Shown piece by piece: positions 1 to 9,803 of a stretch of DNA of 64,000 bases. A program made the position numbers and the translations under genes. Position 1 is the first letter of the stretch; each line of letters opens with the position of its first letter. The DNA is from an uncultured Candidatus Poseidoniales archaeon (GTDB lineage: Archaea; Thermoplasmatota; Poseidoniia; Poseidoniales; Thalassarchaeaceae). The stretch lies in NCBI GenBank assembly GCA_964386765.1, contig CAYLUC010000005.1, forward strand, positions 3,201 to 67,200, in the 5' to 3' direction. The notes below the pieces were generated by a model. That model worked only from the letters and a program-made list of their open reading frames with translations, was not told the DNA's origin and ran no database searches.

Positions 1-1
1 C

Positions 2-166
2 TGGAGTCCAGCAGAAGAGGACGTCGATCCAAGCGAGGATAGGAAGGTGAGACAGGCGTGCTCATCCTGCGAGAAGTTGTTCGAACTCGAACTTCCCGAA
101 GGCGTCAACTCAGCCAAGACCGCGTGTCCACATTGCGGCTCTGTTGAGAGAGTTAGCATTGGGTGA
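2..166 (+). CDS. 3' end of a CDS (partial, runs off window) with a C-terminal zinc ribbon
   Basis: Hand translation from nt 2: WSPAEEDVDPSEDRKVRQACSSCEKLFELELPEGVNSAKTACPHCGSVERVSIG*; CxxC...CPHC pair; TGA at 164-166. Confidence 0.75.
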   Translation, partial: WSPAEEDVDPSEDRKVRQACSSCEKLFELELPEGVNSAKTACPHCGSVERVSIG

Positions 167-218
167 TGACTTCAACAACCACGATTACCATCAACTCAAG
201 CAGGGCAATACCCTTTAG

Positions 219-237
219 CGCACCTCTATGAGGTGCG
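219..237 (+). promoter_or_regulatory. C-TAN-G triloop hairpin (copy 1) covering the SD of the downstream gene
   Basis: CGCACCTC-TAT-GAGGTGCG, perfect 8-bp inverted repeat; SD GAGGTG (230-235) lies in the 3' arm; ATG at 241. Confidence 0.65.
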
Positions 238-240
238 AAC

Positions 241-3200
241 ATGAACAGTAGCAGCGTTAGGGTGATTCACCGTGCGCCGCATTCTCCCAATTCAGGCAGC
301 ATTTTGGTAGTGATGATACTCCTTTTGCCATTGTTCTCACCGATATCCAGCGTCAACGCGGAGGCTAGGATCGAAGCTCAGGACTTTCAGATACTGGATG
401 ACCTGTCCGATGTTCTGGGCCAACGGCAAGATGTGCTGGACTCCAACTCTGTTGGGCAGATAGCAGGGCCCGCATTGGATGCAGTCAGAGATGGCATTTC
501 CGACAGTGGACCCAGTCAACCACTATCCTCGATAGGGGAGTCATTAGTCGACTCCTCGATGACCGACACGTCCCCTCCCTCACCTGATCACCCCCTTCCG
601 TACAATGTTATTTTGGGGATAGACGACGGGGAGACAGCCCCAGTCGACAATGTATGGCAGACCCTTGTGAATATCACCGATTACGTCATCCTAACCGAAT
701 ACACTGACCTGAATGGAAACATAATCAGGAACACCGAGGTGGTGACATTCACTGCAAACTTCCTCTCCCTACTAAACTTCCAGACAGACCCCCTAAGCCA
801 CGCCGTGGACGTCGACAATGACGGGGACGATGACATTCAGGTCGGGCTTGGGATATCTCTGGGCCCAATAGGTCTGGACAATATCATCTCAGAGTCTGGG
901 ACACTGTGGATTCAGCCTGCGATTACATACAGGGTAGACGTCCTCGACTCTAGCACCACAGACCCAATGTGGGATGAAGTGGACACTCTGCAAGTATCGC
1001 TGATCAAGGCATTTGCATACTCTAGCCCAGACTCCATACTAGCCCTTGGCGATGGCGAGAGCTATATCTGGGTAGTCGACTCATCATTCAACTCAATGCC
1101 AAAAGAGTTCTCTCTGGAGGTCGGTATTGAGAGGGTGTTCTTCAACGCCAGTGCGGTGATGCAGGACCTTGTCCAGGCGATTTTGAATATATTCTCATCC
1201 AATTTCGATGGAACCGGAATGACCCTGATTGGAATCTCAGCCCCATACTCAATATCGGTCGACTCGAGTAATATGGACACTTGCCCAGATAGGTACACCC
1301 CCGACCAACTCCTCTTCCTACCTTCTGACGAGATAGACTGCGGGGTTTCCGTTGGTTTGGGCTATGCCCATTTTTCTCCACCGGGATCAGATCAAGTAAG
1401 GGATTTGTGGGAACTGGCATACATCGATCTAGACATTCACCCGAACAAGGACTCGATGGTGATTCCCGGGGACTTGGAGGTGATAATCAGGACAGACAGT
1501 ACACTACCAGCCGCCGGCGGCATAGAGGGAGACAGGAGCCTAACCACTGTGGAGTACTTCGCAGACAGAAGGGCCGATCTGCACATCCGCTTCTACGAGG
1601 ATCGCTCAAACACCCCCCCTGAGGACAACGGGGGTTCATCTGGCAATATCACTGATGGTAGAGGTTGGCTGAGGGGAATGCCCGAGGGCTCAATGTCTTC
1701 CGGTGAGATAACCAGGATTTTCAGGATGCTTGGCTCAGAAGATGAACCCGAATTGCCAGGGGGGAGGCCTAGTCGTCTCGGCATGATTCTTGGAATCAAG
1801 AATTTCTCACGTGATACCAGCCCCAACGAGGATGACCCTTCCCTTCCCGTGAACCCAGCACACCCCCCAATCAGCATGATTCTACTCAGGTCAGAACAGG
1901 CGATCGACTCTTTGGAATATGTGTCGTGGTTCCAGAGGGGCGGACAGTCGGATGACCATAGGAGAGTGAGCATCTCCTTGGACTCAATACCTCCCGCACT
2001 GGTTCTTTTCGGCTCATTCGATGTAGGCGGATCAGAGGATGATAACACAGACCTAGATGACTCGGATAACTTGGATTTCGTTTCAAGGATAATGGACTCG
2101 CTTATTCTGAACTTAGTCGATCTTTACTTGGATGTTGGCTCGACCCTAAATGACGTACCGTCCACCGTTGTAGATGCGATTACAGGTGGCGTTGGGTCAG
2201 GAGGGGACCTGCAGGGCAGGGAGTTCAATCTCCTAATGCATGACCACTGGGGAGCTCAGAGAGAGCCTATGATAATCTCCAGGATAGGGATGGAAATAGG
2301 ATCAAGCCAACATCCAGTATTGGTCGGCGATCACCTACTCCTAGCAAATGACAGATCGCTAACCCAAGTGGTCAGCAGGTCGGGAGCCCTAGTCGATCCG
2401 CTAGTCCCGATAGCAGCTAGCATAAGCTTCAGTGGACTTTCAGCATTCACTCTTGACGATGATGACGATCTCGAAGAGCTGACGGTACACATAAGCACAG
2501 TATCTTCCGAGACGTTCAATTTCATGTATCTCGAACATGATGAGGGGACAATCTCAAACTCTTCCCACCAGGCACTCTCAATTTCTGACATCCCGGATGA
2601 CATTGACATATTCCTAACTGCAGACGGCGCCGAGTACCTGGCATCCAGCTCCATCGAATCGATAACCTATACTGGAATAGATGCAGATCAGAGACAGGCA
2701 GTAAGGATATCCGACTTCCCAGACCAATTCTCCTCTGAATTCGGCAGCTCGTCTAGCTGGTCCTCGACCTCATCGATAGGGAGCATAGAGGCGCAGATCA
2801 CAAACTCCTCGACACCCGTAACAATGGGAGGGGACCATTTCCTGTTCCATCACGATCCCAATGACGGGACTTCGACGATATCATCTAGGATTTCAGGAAT
2901 TTCCGATGCCGGTTGGACTGCTCCTGCGGAGGAAGGCGCCTCGGGTTCCGCGGGGAGGGGCACGGCATCGATATCAGCTGCAGGCGACAGGTCCCTGAGC
3001 ATCAGTGTGGATCATGCACCAACCACCGATGAGGAGCAACTCACAGCAATTGCAGTAATCGATCCCCTGCCTTCCTCTGTATCCATAGAAATCCCCACTG
3101 GGGCGGAATCCGGTCCAACCCTCGACGTCCCCGAACTAAATACCTCGATGGGACTCTCCGGTCTAGCATTCTTCCTCGGAGGATTTGCCGACTTGGGCCG

Positions 3201-4623
3201 TTCAGTAAACTCCGTGCTCTCGGGCATTACCACTGACATCTCCACTGGCTCGGGCGGGAGCAGTGGTGACGAGGACTTCTCGTTCGGAATGCAGCTGGAG
3301 GCAGATTCCGCATTCGATCTAATCGTAGAATCGAGTCACGGCTCCGGCTCCCTGGTTTCCCCTCCTTGGGTACATGGAGTCTCCTTCAATGCGGCCTCCT
3401 CCGGCATATCAGATGGATTCCACCTCAGAACATGGCTTCCAGGGCTTCCCCCAGTGGTCGACATGTCAATATCAAGAAGCTCAGGAACGGACACCGAGGA
3501 CTGGGACATCAGACTGGGCCTAGAGGGGTGGGTCCCCGCTCATAGCGAGTTGATGATTTACGCCCAGGGAATTAACGGGCAGGACCTGCTTATGACACTC
3601 AATGGACTTGAGCCCGGGGTAGAGACCGGCCTCCTGGTCGAATCAATATTCGAGTTCACGACTGTTGCGGGAATCACAGAGGTATCTACGTCGACTCACT
3701 ACTCGATGACAGACAGACTTGATTGGGTCCACGCCCTTCTGATCAACAGAGAAGCCGGCAGCAGGACAGAGATAATGATCGACGAGATACCCGAGACCGT
3801 CGATTTCACTGCTAGTCTGGGAACTGCCGTCTCCATCGACATGACAGTGCCAGACATCTACCTCAGAGAGGGAGTAGGAATCGAGTCGATAATGATGCAA
3901 CAGATGCAGTGGCTGGACTCCTCCTGGTGGCCTGCGACAGTCTTCCTGACAGACCTTCCCGGCTCAATCAACCTCACCACGGAGCCGGACCCCAATTTCG
4001 ACATCACCAAGAGCCTAGCATTCCAAGGAATGCCCATACTGGACTTCAGTGCCTCAAGTGAGGGAATGTCACTCTACATAGAAGCATTCGGCAGGGCGAT
4101 AAACACACGAGGGGACACGATACTCCTAGCTGAGGGGATGACAGACAGCCTAGTAATTAGGCCAACTGAGGGATACGGGCTTGAGGTTAGATCAGGCGGA
4201 GATGGAGTTGACAGGATATACATCAGGTCCAGTAACGTACCAGCCACCCCCCCTGTTACCATGGAGGAGATGGAGGCCCTGGGGGAGGACCTCAAGAGCG
4301 CCACCATTCACGTGCACGAATTCGGGAGAGCCTACGGAGTCATCGAGATCTCCGATGTGCAGGGGGGGAGAATAATAGTTTCAGCACGCGCATCCGCAGA
4401 ACTAGGGGGCGAGACCTTTGACTTGAGGGGGGTCCTGCTGGACGCTCAAACCACATCGGGCATTCCAACAGCCACAACGCTGGGCGTCAACGGACTCGCC
4501 TCTGACCTTTCGCTACTCAACATGATTCCAGGCTTCGATGGACCAACTCATCACATAATGGTGGTAGAGCCGATCTCGTCCGGGATCCTCACCCTCGTAG
4601 CGACTTTCATTGGAGGTGACTGA
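241..4623 (+). CDS. Very large (1460 aa) acidic secreted/membrane-anchored protein of unknown function with a recurring phi-x-(D/S)-x-(L/I)P-x-x-phi-x-phi motif
   Basis: Long ORF; SD GAGGTG 5 nt before ATG; hydrophobic N-terminal signal/TM (ILVVMILLLPLFSP); DVDNDGDDD Ca-binding-like motif; hydrophobic C-terminus. No family recognised. Confidence 0.8.
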   Translation: MNSSSVRVIHRAPHSPNSGSILVVMILLLPLFSPISSVNAEARIEAQDFQILDDLSDVLGQRQDVLDSNSVGQIAGPALDAVRDGISDSGPSQPLSSIGESLVDSSMTDTSPPSPDHPLPYNVILGIDDGETAPVDNVWQTLVNITDYVILTEYTDLNGNIIRNTEVVTFTANFLSLLNFQTDPLSHAVDVDNDGDDDIQVGLGISLGPIGLDNIISESGTLWIQPAITYRVDVLDSSTTDPMWDEVDTLQVSLIKAFAYSSPDSILALGDGESYIWVVDSSFNSMPKEFSLEVGIERVFFNASAVMQDLVQAILNIFSSNFDGTGMTLIGISAPYSISVDSSNMDTCPDRYTPDQLLFLPSDEIDCGVSVGLGYAHFSPPGSDQVRDLWELAYIDLDIHPNKDSMVIPGDLEVIIRTDSTLPAAGGIEGDRSLTTVEYFADRRADLHIRFYEDRSNTPPEDNGGSSGNITDGRGWLRGMPEGSMSSGEITRIFRMLGSEDEPELPGGRPSRLGMILGIKNFSRDTSPNEDDPSLPVNPAHPPISMILLRSEQAIDSLEYVSWFQRGGQSDDHRRVSISLDSIPPALVLFGSFDVGGSEDDNTDLDDSDNLDFVSRIMDSLILNLVDLYLDVGSTLNDVPSTVVDAITGGVGSGGDLQGREFNLLMHDHWGAQREPMIISRIGMEIGSSQHPVLVGDHLLLANDRSLTQVVSRSGALVDPLVPIAASISFSGLSAFTLDDDDDLEELTVHISTVSSETFNFMYLEHDEGTISNSSHQALSISDIPDDIDIFLTADGAEYLASSSIESITYTGIDADQRQAVRISDFPDQFSSEFGSSSSWSSTSSIGSIEAQITNSSTPVTMGGDHFLFHHDPNDGTSTISSRISGISDAGWTAPAEEGASGSAGRGTASISAAGDRSLSISVDHAPTTDEEQLTAIAVIDPLPSSVSIEIPTGAESGPTLDVPELNTSMGLSGLAFFLGGFADLGRSVNSVLSGITTDISTGSGGSSGDEDFSFGMQLEADSAFDLIVESSHGSGSLVSPPWVHGVSFNAASSGISDGFHLRTWLPGLPPVVDMSISRSSGTDTEDWDIRLGLEGWVPAHSELMIYAQGINGQDLLMTLNGLEPGVETGLLVESIFEFTTVAGITEVSTSTHYSMTDRLDWVHALLINREAGSRTEIMIDEIPETVDFTASLGTAVSIDMTVPDIYLREGVGIESIMMQQMQWLDSSWWPATVFLTDLPGSINLTTEPDPNFDITKSLAFQGMPILDFSASSEGMSLYIEAFGRAINTRGDTILLAEGMTDSLVIRPTEGYGLEVRSGGDGVDRIYIRSSNVPATPPVTMEEMEALGEDLKSATIHVHEFGRAYGVIEISDVQGGRIIVSARASAELGGETFDLRGVLLDAQTTSGIPTATTLGVNGLASDLSLLNMIPGFDGPTHHIMVVEPISSGILTLVATFIGGD

Positions 4624-5187
4624 ATGGGACTTCTAGAGAGGATGAAAAAGAAGGAGGAAAGTGAGGAAACTCCAGAGGAAGAATTAGCCCACGAGGCATT
4701 GGAGTATTTCGAGGACAAACTAAGTGAAGTCTCCCCAACAAGGGTACTTTTCGCCTCAATCGCGGCACTGTTGGTCATTTCCGCATCCCTGATAGTAGTA
4801 GCTTGGGTAGTCCCATATGACAGAGTGTCTGTCGATGTGGTCTACAGGCAGGGGGCCGCGGGGCACGTCGTTCTAGCACAGATCAACAATGAAGGCAGCA
4901 GGTCGATAGAGGAAGTATCCCTTGACATCAGATTCCTTGATTCTGAGGGGATCGTCGAGATTGATCGCGCGCACTACGACGTCGACGTGATTACTGCTCA
5001 CACCTCGGTTGCCGGTGATGAACTAGAGCTCATTGTACCCGGGGTTTCTGTATGGGATAACTACACCATAGAGATAATTCTGAGCTATGATAACTATCGA
5101 AACGGGGTCTATATGAAGCAGCCCTACTCAGTCGGTGAGTGGACTATGGAGCTGTTCACAGTCAAATCCCCCCTCAAGATTCTCTGA
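4624..5187 (+). CDS. Single-TM membrane protein with a small beta-sandwich (Ig/CARDB-like) domain
   Basis: Acidic N-terminus, TM (VLFASIAALLVISASLIVVAWVV), then VLAQINNEGSRSIEEVSLDIRFLD; SD GGAGGTGA upstream; ATG abuts previous stop. Confidence 0.7.
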   Translation: MGLLERMKKKEESEETPEEELAHEALEYFEDKLSEVSPTRVLFASIAALLVISASLIVVAWVVPYDRVSVDVVYRQGAAGHVVLAQINNEGSRSIEEVSLDIRFLDSEGIVEIDRAHYDVDVITAHTSVAGDELELIVPGVSVWDNYTIEIILSYDNYRNGVYMKQPYSVGEWTMELFTVKSPLKIL

Positions 5188-5256
5188 ACAAAGATGACTG
5201 AAGTGATGTTCAGTTAACCCATATGCTCAAAATGGTCCTGACAGGGGGCGAGTTCG

Positions 5257-8200
5257 ATGAACCAGCGCGTGACCCTCATTGTTCTCGGAATACTAATGCT
5301 ATCGTACTCCCCGCCAATGGGGCATGACGATGGTATTCAGATGGGGGGCTCGGAAGAACTCTCCACGGGTTTTGAGAGAGTTGAAATCTCCCCGGATCCA
5401 AACAGCATCAGGAATTTGGCGGAGCCTACTGTTCACGAAGGCCTCGAGGATGTCAGACAAGTGATCGCTGACACAGTGATAGGAATCTACACCGAATCAG
5501 GACTCATTCCTAGGTTGTCAATGGACTCTGGCATTGCAACCCCCCGCTCGGACCTCGTAATTGCCCTGATAGACGGGGAAGTCGGACTTTGGGATGCAAG
5601 GGTCGAACTGTCAGAAATAGAGGGCATCGAAATAAGGTCAACAATCCCTCCCTCGGGATTCCTCATTCAGGGAACAAAGGAATCCCTGGAAGCACTGACC
5701 CTTGCTAATTCTGTCGTCGCTATCCACAATGTTCCAGCGGGCCTTCTGGTCCACGAGTCATTGATGCATTTCACTGCTGGGGAGCAGGTGCAAGTTGAGG
5801 TTATAGGGTGGAAGAATGAACAGTTGCTCAGACAAGACGACCCCGGCCTAGATCTGAAAGACACGCTTTACTCAGCAGCCTCGAGTTGGTTGGATGACAG
5901 TTGGTCACCTGAAACTGGAAGATACTGGGGCATGCTCAGCCTCGAGTCGCTGCCCTCACTTCTGGCACACCCCTCTGTAGCGTATGTCGCTCCACAGCCA
6001 GTATTGGTCCTCCACAATGACCAGGCTAGGTCAAACATGGGCGTAAACACGGTTGACAACGCATTCATCTCCGAGCTAAATGGGAGTGGACAGATAGTAG
6101 CAGTAGGTGACTCAGGTCTCGATGGGGACCACGGTGACTTCACTGGAAGGATTTCTGGACTCACTTCCGTAACTCCGGGCGACTCATCCACTGCAGATCC
6201 CAGTTCAGGGCATGGGACGCACGTTGCCTGTACCGTTCTTGGCTCTGGATTCAGGAGCAATGGGGGGTACCAGGGAATGGCTCCAGAGGCAAATTTGTAC
6301 TTCCAGGCCATGGAGGATGACGACTCAGGCGCACTATACAGCTACGGAATAAACTCAATGCTAAACTCGGCTTACAACGCTGGAGCTAGGATTCACACCA
6401 ACAGCTGGGGAGCTGGAAGTGGGTTTGGAAGCTACTCCACCCAATCAGAGGATGCCGATGATAGAACTTCCACATGGGATCAATATTGGTCATATGACGG
6501 CATGACCGTTCTGTTTGCTGCGGGCAATGAGAGGGACGATGGAGTCTCACCCCCTGGAACCGCAAAGAACGTGATTACGGTTGGTGGACACAAGAATAGG
6601 TACAGCGGAGCACCCGATGAAATGTACTACTGGAGCAGCAGGGGTCCAACGGATGATGGCAGGATCAAGCCAGATATTGTTGCACCTGGTGACTATGTCC
6701 GATCCTGCAAGGCGCAGGAGGCAACGGACGCCGATGGCTCATGGGACAACACATGGTATCTCGAATACAGTGGCACTTCAATGTCGACGCCCGCTGCTGC
6801 TGGGGCCTCAGCCCTAGTCAGAGAGTACCTAACTGAGGTAATTGGGAGGCAATCCCCACAAGGCGCTCTCGTGAAGGGGCTCCTCATTCTAGGGGCCAAA
6901 GACATGGGAACAAGGGACATTCCAAATGAAGACGAGGGTTGGGGCAGGCTGAACCTCGTTGATTCACTAATCGCCGATGGGGAAGTAGCAATTTTTGTCG
7001 ATGACAGATCTAGGATAAGGAGTGGACAGACAGTAGAATACAACTTCGATGTAACTTCCCCCGGACATGAGTTCAAGGCCGTTCTGACATGGTCCGACTA
7101 TCCCGGTTCTACAAGCTCTTCCACACAACTCAGGAACGACCTCGACCTTGAACTGGTGTCTCCGAGTGGGCAGTCATTCAAGGGTAATGTTTTCACAAAT
7201 GGACGTTCAGTAACTGGCGGCATCAAGGACTCAGTGAACAATGTGGAGGTAATAGCCCTAGATAGCGCCGATCAGGGCACATGGACTCTCAGAGTAAGGG
7301 ACTCTCAGCATGGAGGATCGAGGACATGGCAGCCATTCTCTCTCGCAGTTAGGGGCTTCAATGTAAACGACCTAAACCCGGACCCAACGTTCGTAGCAGA
7401 TTCTTTCGATGTTTCTACACCAATACCACAGGTGGGGGAGCAAGTAGAGATTAGCGTCTCAGTGAAGAATCTGGGAGCTGGAACGGTTTCCGATTTGCAG
7501 GTACTGTCAAGGGTCAATAGCGCTCTTCTAGGAGAGGAGCTAGTAACCCTGTCCCCCGGTGAGACCGAGGAGATATCTTGGAATTGGACGCCTAGTGAAG
7601 AGGGGGAAGCCGCATTCGAGTTCTTCATAGACCCGAATAATCTGATTGAGGAGCTTTCCGAGTCGAACAATTACCTTGGTGAGCTGGTTATTGTCAGTGC
7701 ACCAGGAGTCAGGGTGACCGCAGAATCAGAACTAATCACACTGTCTGATCCCACCTCCACCACAACAACTTGGGATCTCACACTAACCAACACAGCTCTA
7801 TTCGAGACGAACGCCTCAATCAGCGCCTCATCTCCCATTAGAATTCAAGATGGTACCGAATTCGGATGGTTCCAGTCATTTACATCGAACACATTCAATC
7901 TAATGCCAACAGAATCAATTTCGGTGGGCATGACAATGGTTCATCCATCACCGCCACCACCTGGAACGTATTCCATGACGGTCTCGGGATACGACATCGA
8001 GAATGACATCGAGTCTGAATTGGCCCTAATTTTCGATGTTCCAGTGCTGGGCGATGCCGATATACAGATACTAAACGAACAGATCCTAGTCAGTCCATTG
8101 GTGCCTACTAGTACACAGATTTCCGTAATCAACGGAGGAAATGGGGCGCAATCATACGATGTTGAATTGGTCTCTCCAGCAGGATGGCATTTGGGGCTAG

Positions 8201-9750
8201 ATGACATCGGGGCATTCGAGGGGTCTTCTCATGGTTCCACGGGAACCCTCCAGAAGGACTCCAACAAGATTGTCGACATCACAATCAATCCACCAGGTGC
8301 AATGATTCCCGCTGGCTCCACTTACGAGGCGGCGATAATTGTTCATTCTCGTGTTGGTTCGGATTCATGGACTCAGGACATCGTCCTAGTGGTTGACTCT
8401 GTAGATGAGGTTTCTACGACACCCATCTCAGGAGGCACCGAGAACCAGGTATCGCCCGACGCACTGTTGGAGATTCCAATTTCATTCAATAATATGGGGA
8501 ACCGTGATCTGGAATTACAGCCATACCTGATGACAATCCCCGGGGGATGGTCAGTTTCAGGCGCACTTTCCACAATTACCGTTCCAGCCGGACAAACTGA
8601 GGAATGGACCTTGTCTATCCAAGGGAATGGAATCGCGGTCAGCGGCCTGCTGGAAATGAGATTCGCCACAGAGGACGGATTTAGAATTGATTGGAATCGT
8701 ACCCTTGACGTCCTCTCAGCAGCATCTCCAAGAATATCGTTCCACCAGATAGACCTTCCAGATGGAACGTCTTCTGAAACCATACTGGGTGTCCCCGCTC
8801 ATCCAGTGGGCCCTCCTGGGTTCGATTTGACTTGGATGGTTTGGAATGAGGGTTCGGGCACATGGAGGCCAAGTACCTACCTCGAGGTGCCGAATGACGA
8901 GTGGTCCTCCACATGTACTGGACCTACCTCGCTCTCACCAGGGCAATCGTCCACAGTATCATGTCTAGTTACAATACCCATCTCAGAACCGGCAGGCTCC
9001 GAGCCTGCAATCACTCTCGTGATGTCAGGAGAAGGAATCGAGATCAGAGATACGCAGTCACTTCTCGTCGAATCGGCACCAAGGATACAATGGTCTCTCA
9101 ACTCTGAGCCACTGGCCCACGAGGGATACTCAGCAACCTTCAGGCTGGATGTCACCAACACTGGAAACACCGACATATCTCACACACTCCAAGTCGATGC
9201 ACCCGCTCAATGGAACGCCCATGTCGTGGATGGCGTGAGAATAGTCCTGGCTCCTGGCGAATCGAGGAGCGTGATTGTAGACTTCACCCCAAACAACGGA
9301 AACGACGGTACGATATCCCTTACTCTGGCGGAAGCCGAGGGCCTCGAAGGAGGAAGCATCGATATTGCGGTAGATGTCAAGCCTTCAGTGGGAGGGCAGG
9401 ATGGCCTGGAAAGCCTGTTCCCAATAGCTATTCTAGCTCTATTGGTAGCTTTGGCAATAGGAATAGGAACATTCGTCTACGTCAGAACCGATGGGAAACC
9501 CTCCTCGATCCTCAATAACGAGAAGGTGAATAAGGCGGTTCAGAAGATAATTCCCAAATCCGAAGAAAAGGTGACCAGTGGCATTCCATGCTGGCTCTGC
9601 AGCATTGACGTTACAGTGGGGGAGGCATGGGCCTGCTCCTCATGCGGTGCAAGGTATCACAAGGCCGGGCAGGTTTCGGGTTGCGACATCATGGATTCAG
9701 GCAGATGCATGCATTGTGATGCCGAATCCGAAGACCTCGTCGAAGCCTGA
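5257..9750 (+). CDS. S8 subtilisin-family serine protease, secreted and membrane-anchored, with CARDB/Ig-like repeats and a C-terminal C4HC3 zinc finger
   Basis: Catalytic motifs VAVGDSG (Asp), HGTHVA (His), FAAGN (oxyanion Asn), GTSMSTP (Ser); CARDB-like segment (ISVSVKNLGAG...IDPNNLIEELSESNN); TM near the C-terminus followed by Cys/His finger. Confidence 0.95.
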   Translation: MNQRVTLIVLGILMLSYSPPMGHDDGIQMGGSEELSTGFERVEISPDPNSIRNLAEPTVHEGLEDVRQVIADTVIGIYTESGLIPRLSMDSGIATPRSDLVIALIDGEVGLWDARVELSEIEGIEIRSTIPPSGFLIQGTKESLEALTLANSVVAIHNVPAGLLVHESLMHFTAGEQVQVEVIGWKNEQLLRQDDPGLDLKDTLYSAASSWLDDSWSPETGRYWGMLSLESLPSLLAHPSVAYVAPQPVLVLHNDQARSNMGVNTVDNAFISELNGSGQIVAVGDSGLDGDHGDFTGRISGLTSVTPGDSSTADPSSGHGTHVACTVLGSGFRSNGGYQGMAPEANLYFQAMEDDDSGALYSYGINSMLNSAYNAGARIHTNSWGAGSGFGSYSTQSEDADDRTSTWDQYWSYDGMTVLFAAGNERDDGVSPPGTAKNVITVGGHKNRYSGAPDEMYYWSSRGPTDDGRIKPDIVAPGDYVRSCKAQEATDADGSWDNTWYLEYSGTSMSTPAAAGASALVREYLTEVIGRQSPQGALVKGLLILGAKDMGTRDIPNEDEGWGRLNLVDSLIADGEVAIFVDDRSRIRSGQTVEYNFDVTSPGHEFKAVLTWSDYPGSTSSSTQLRNDLDLELVSPSGQSFKGNVFTNGRSVTGGIKDSVNNVEVIALDSADQGTWTLRVRDSQHGGSRTWQPFSLAVRGFNVNDLNPDPTFVADSFDVSTPIPQVGEQVEISVSVKNLGAGTVSDLQVLSRVNSALLGEELVTLSPGETEEISWNWTPSEEGEAAFEFFIDPNNLIEELSESNNYLGELVIVSAPGVRVTAESELITLSDPTSTTTTWDLTLTNTALFETNASISASSPIRIQDGTEFGWFQSFTSNTFNLMPTESISVGMTMVHPSPPPPGTYSMTVSGYDIENDIESELALIFDVPVLGDADIQILNEQILVSPLVPTSTQISVINGGNGAQSYDVELVSPAGWHLGLDDIGAFEGSSHGSTGTLQKDSNKIVDITINPPGAMIPAGSTYEAAIIVHSRVGSDSWTQDIVLVVDSVDEVSTTPISGGTENQVSPDALLEIPISFNNMGNRDLELQPYLMTIPGGWSVSGALSTITVPAGQTEEWTLSIQGNGIAVSGLLEMRFATEDGFRIDWNRTLDVLSAASPRISFHQIDLPDGTSSETILGVPAHPVGPPGFDLTWMVWNEGSGTWRPSTYLEVPNDEWSSTCTGPTSLSPGQSSTVSCLVTIPISEPAGSEPAITLVMSGEGIEIRDTQSLLVESAPRIQWSLNSEPLAHEGYSATFRLDVTNTGNTDISHTLQVDAPAQWNAHVVDGVRIVLAPGESRSVIVDFTPNNGNDGTISLTLAEAEGLEGGSIDIAVDVKPSVGGQDGLESLFPIAILALLVALAIGIGTFVYVRTDGKPSSILNNEKVNKAVQKIIPKSEEKVTSGIPCWLCSIDVTVGEAWACSSCGARYHKAGQVSGCDIMDSGRCMHCDAESEDLVEA

Positions 9751-9753
9751 AAA

Positions 9754-9775
9754 GCGCGACCCTAAGGGGTCGCGT
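9754..9775 (+). promoter_or_regulatory. C-TAN-G triloop hairpin (copy 2, one bulged G), followed by a weaker TAG-loop hairpin at 9784-9797
   Basis: GCGCGACCC-TAA-GGG(G)TCGCGT starts 3 nt after the S8 stop; then GCCCT-TAG-AGGG(G)C overlapping the likely SD of the next gene. Confidence 0.55.
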
Positions 9776-9803
9776 GGTGCGAAGCCCTTAGAGGGGCGGT
9801 CTA

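Noticed and set aside
4621-4626. In-frame TGA-ATG junction as Sec/readthrough fusion of the 1460-aa and 187-aa ORFs
   Set aside because: A perfect SD GGAGGTGA precedes the ATG; there is no redox-motif context or SECIS; this is ordinary translational coupling.
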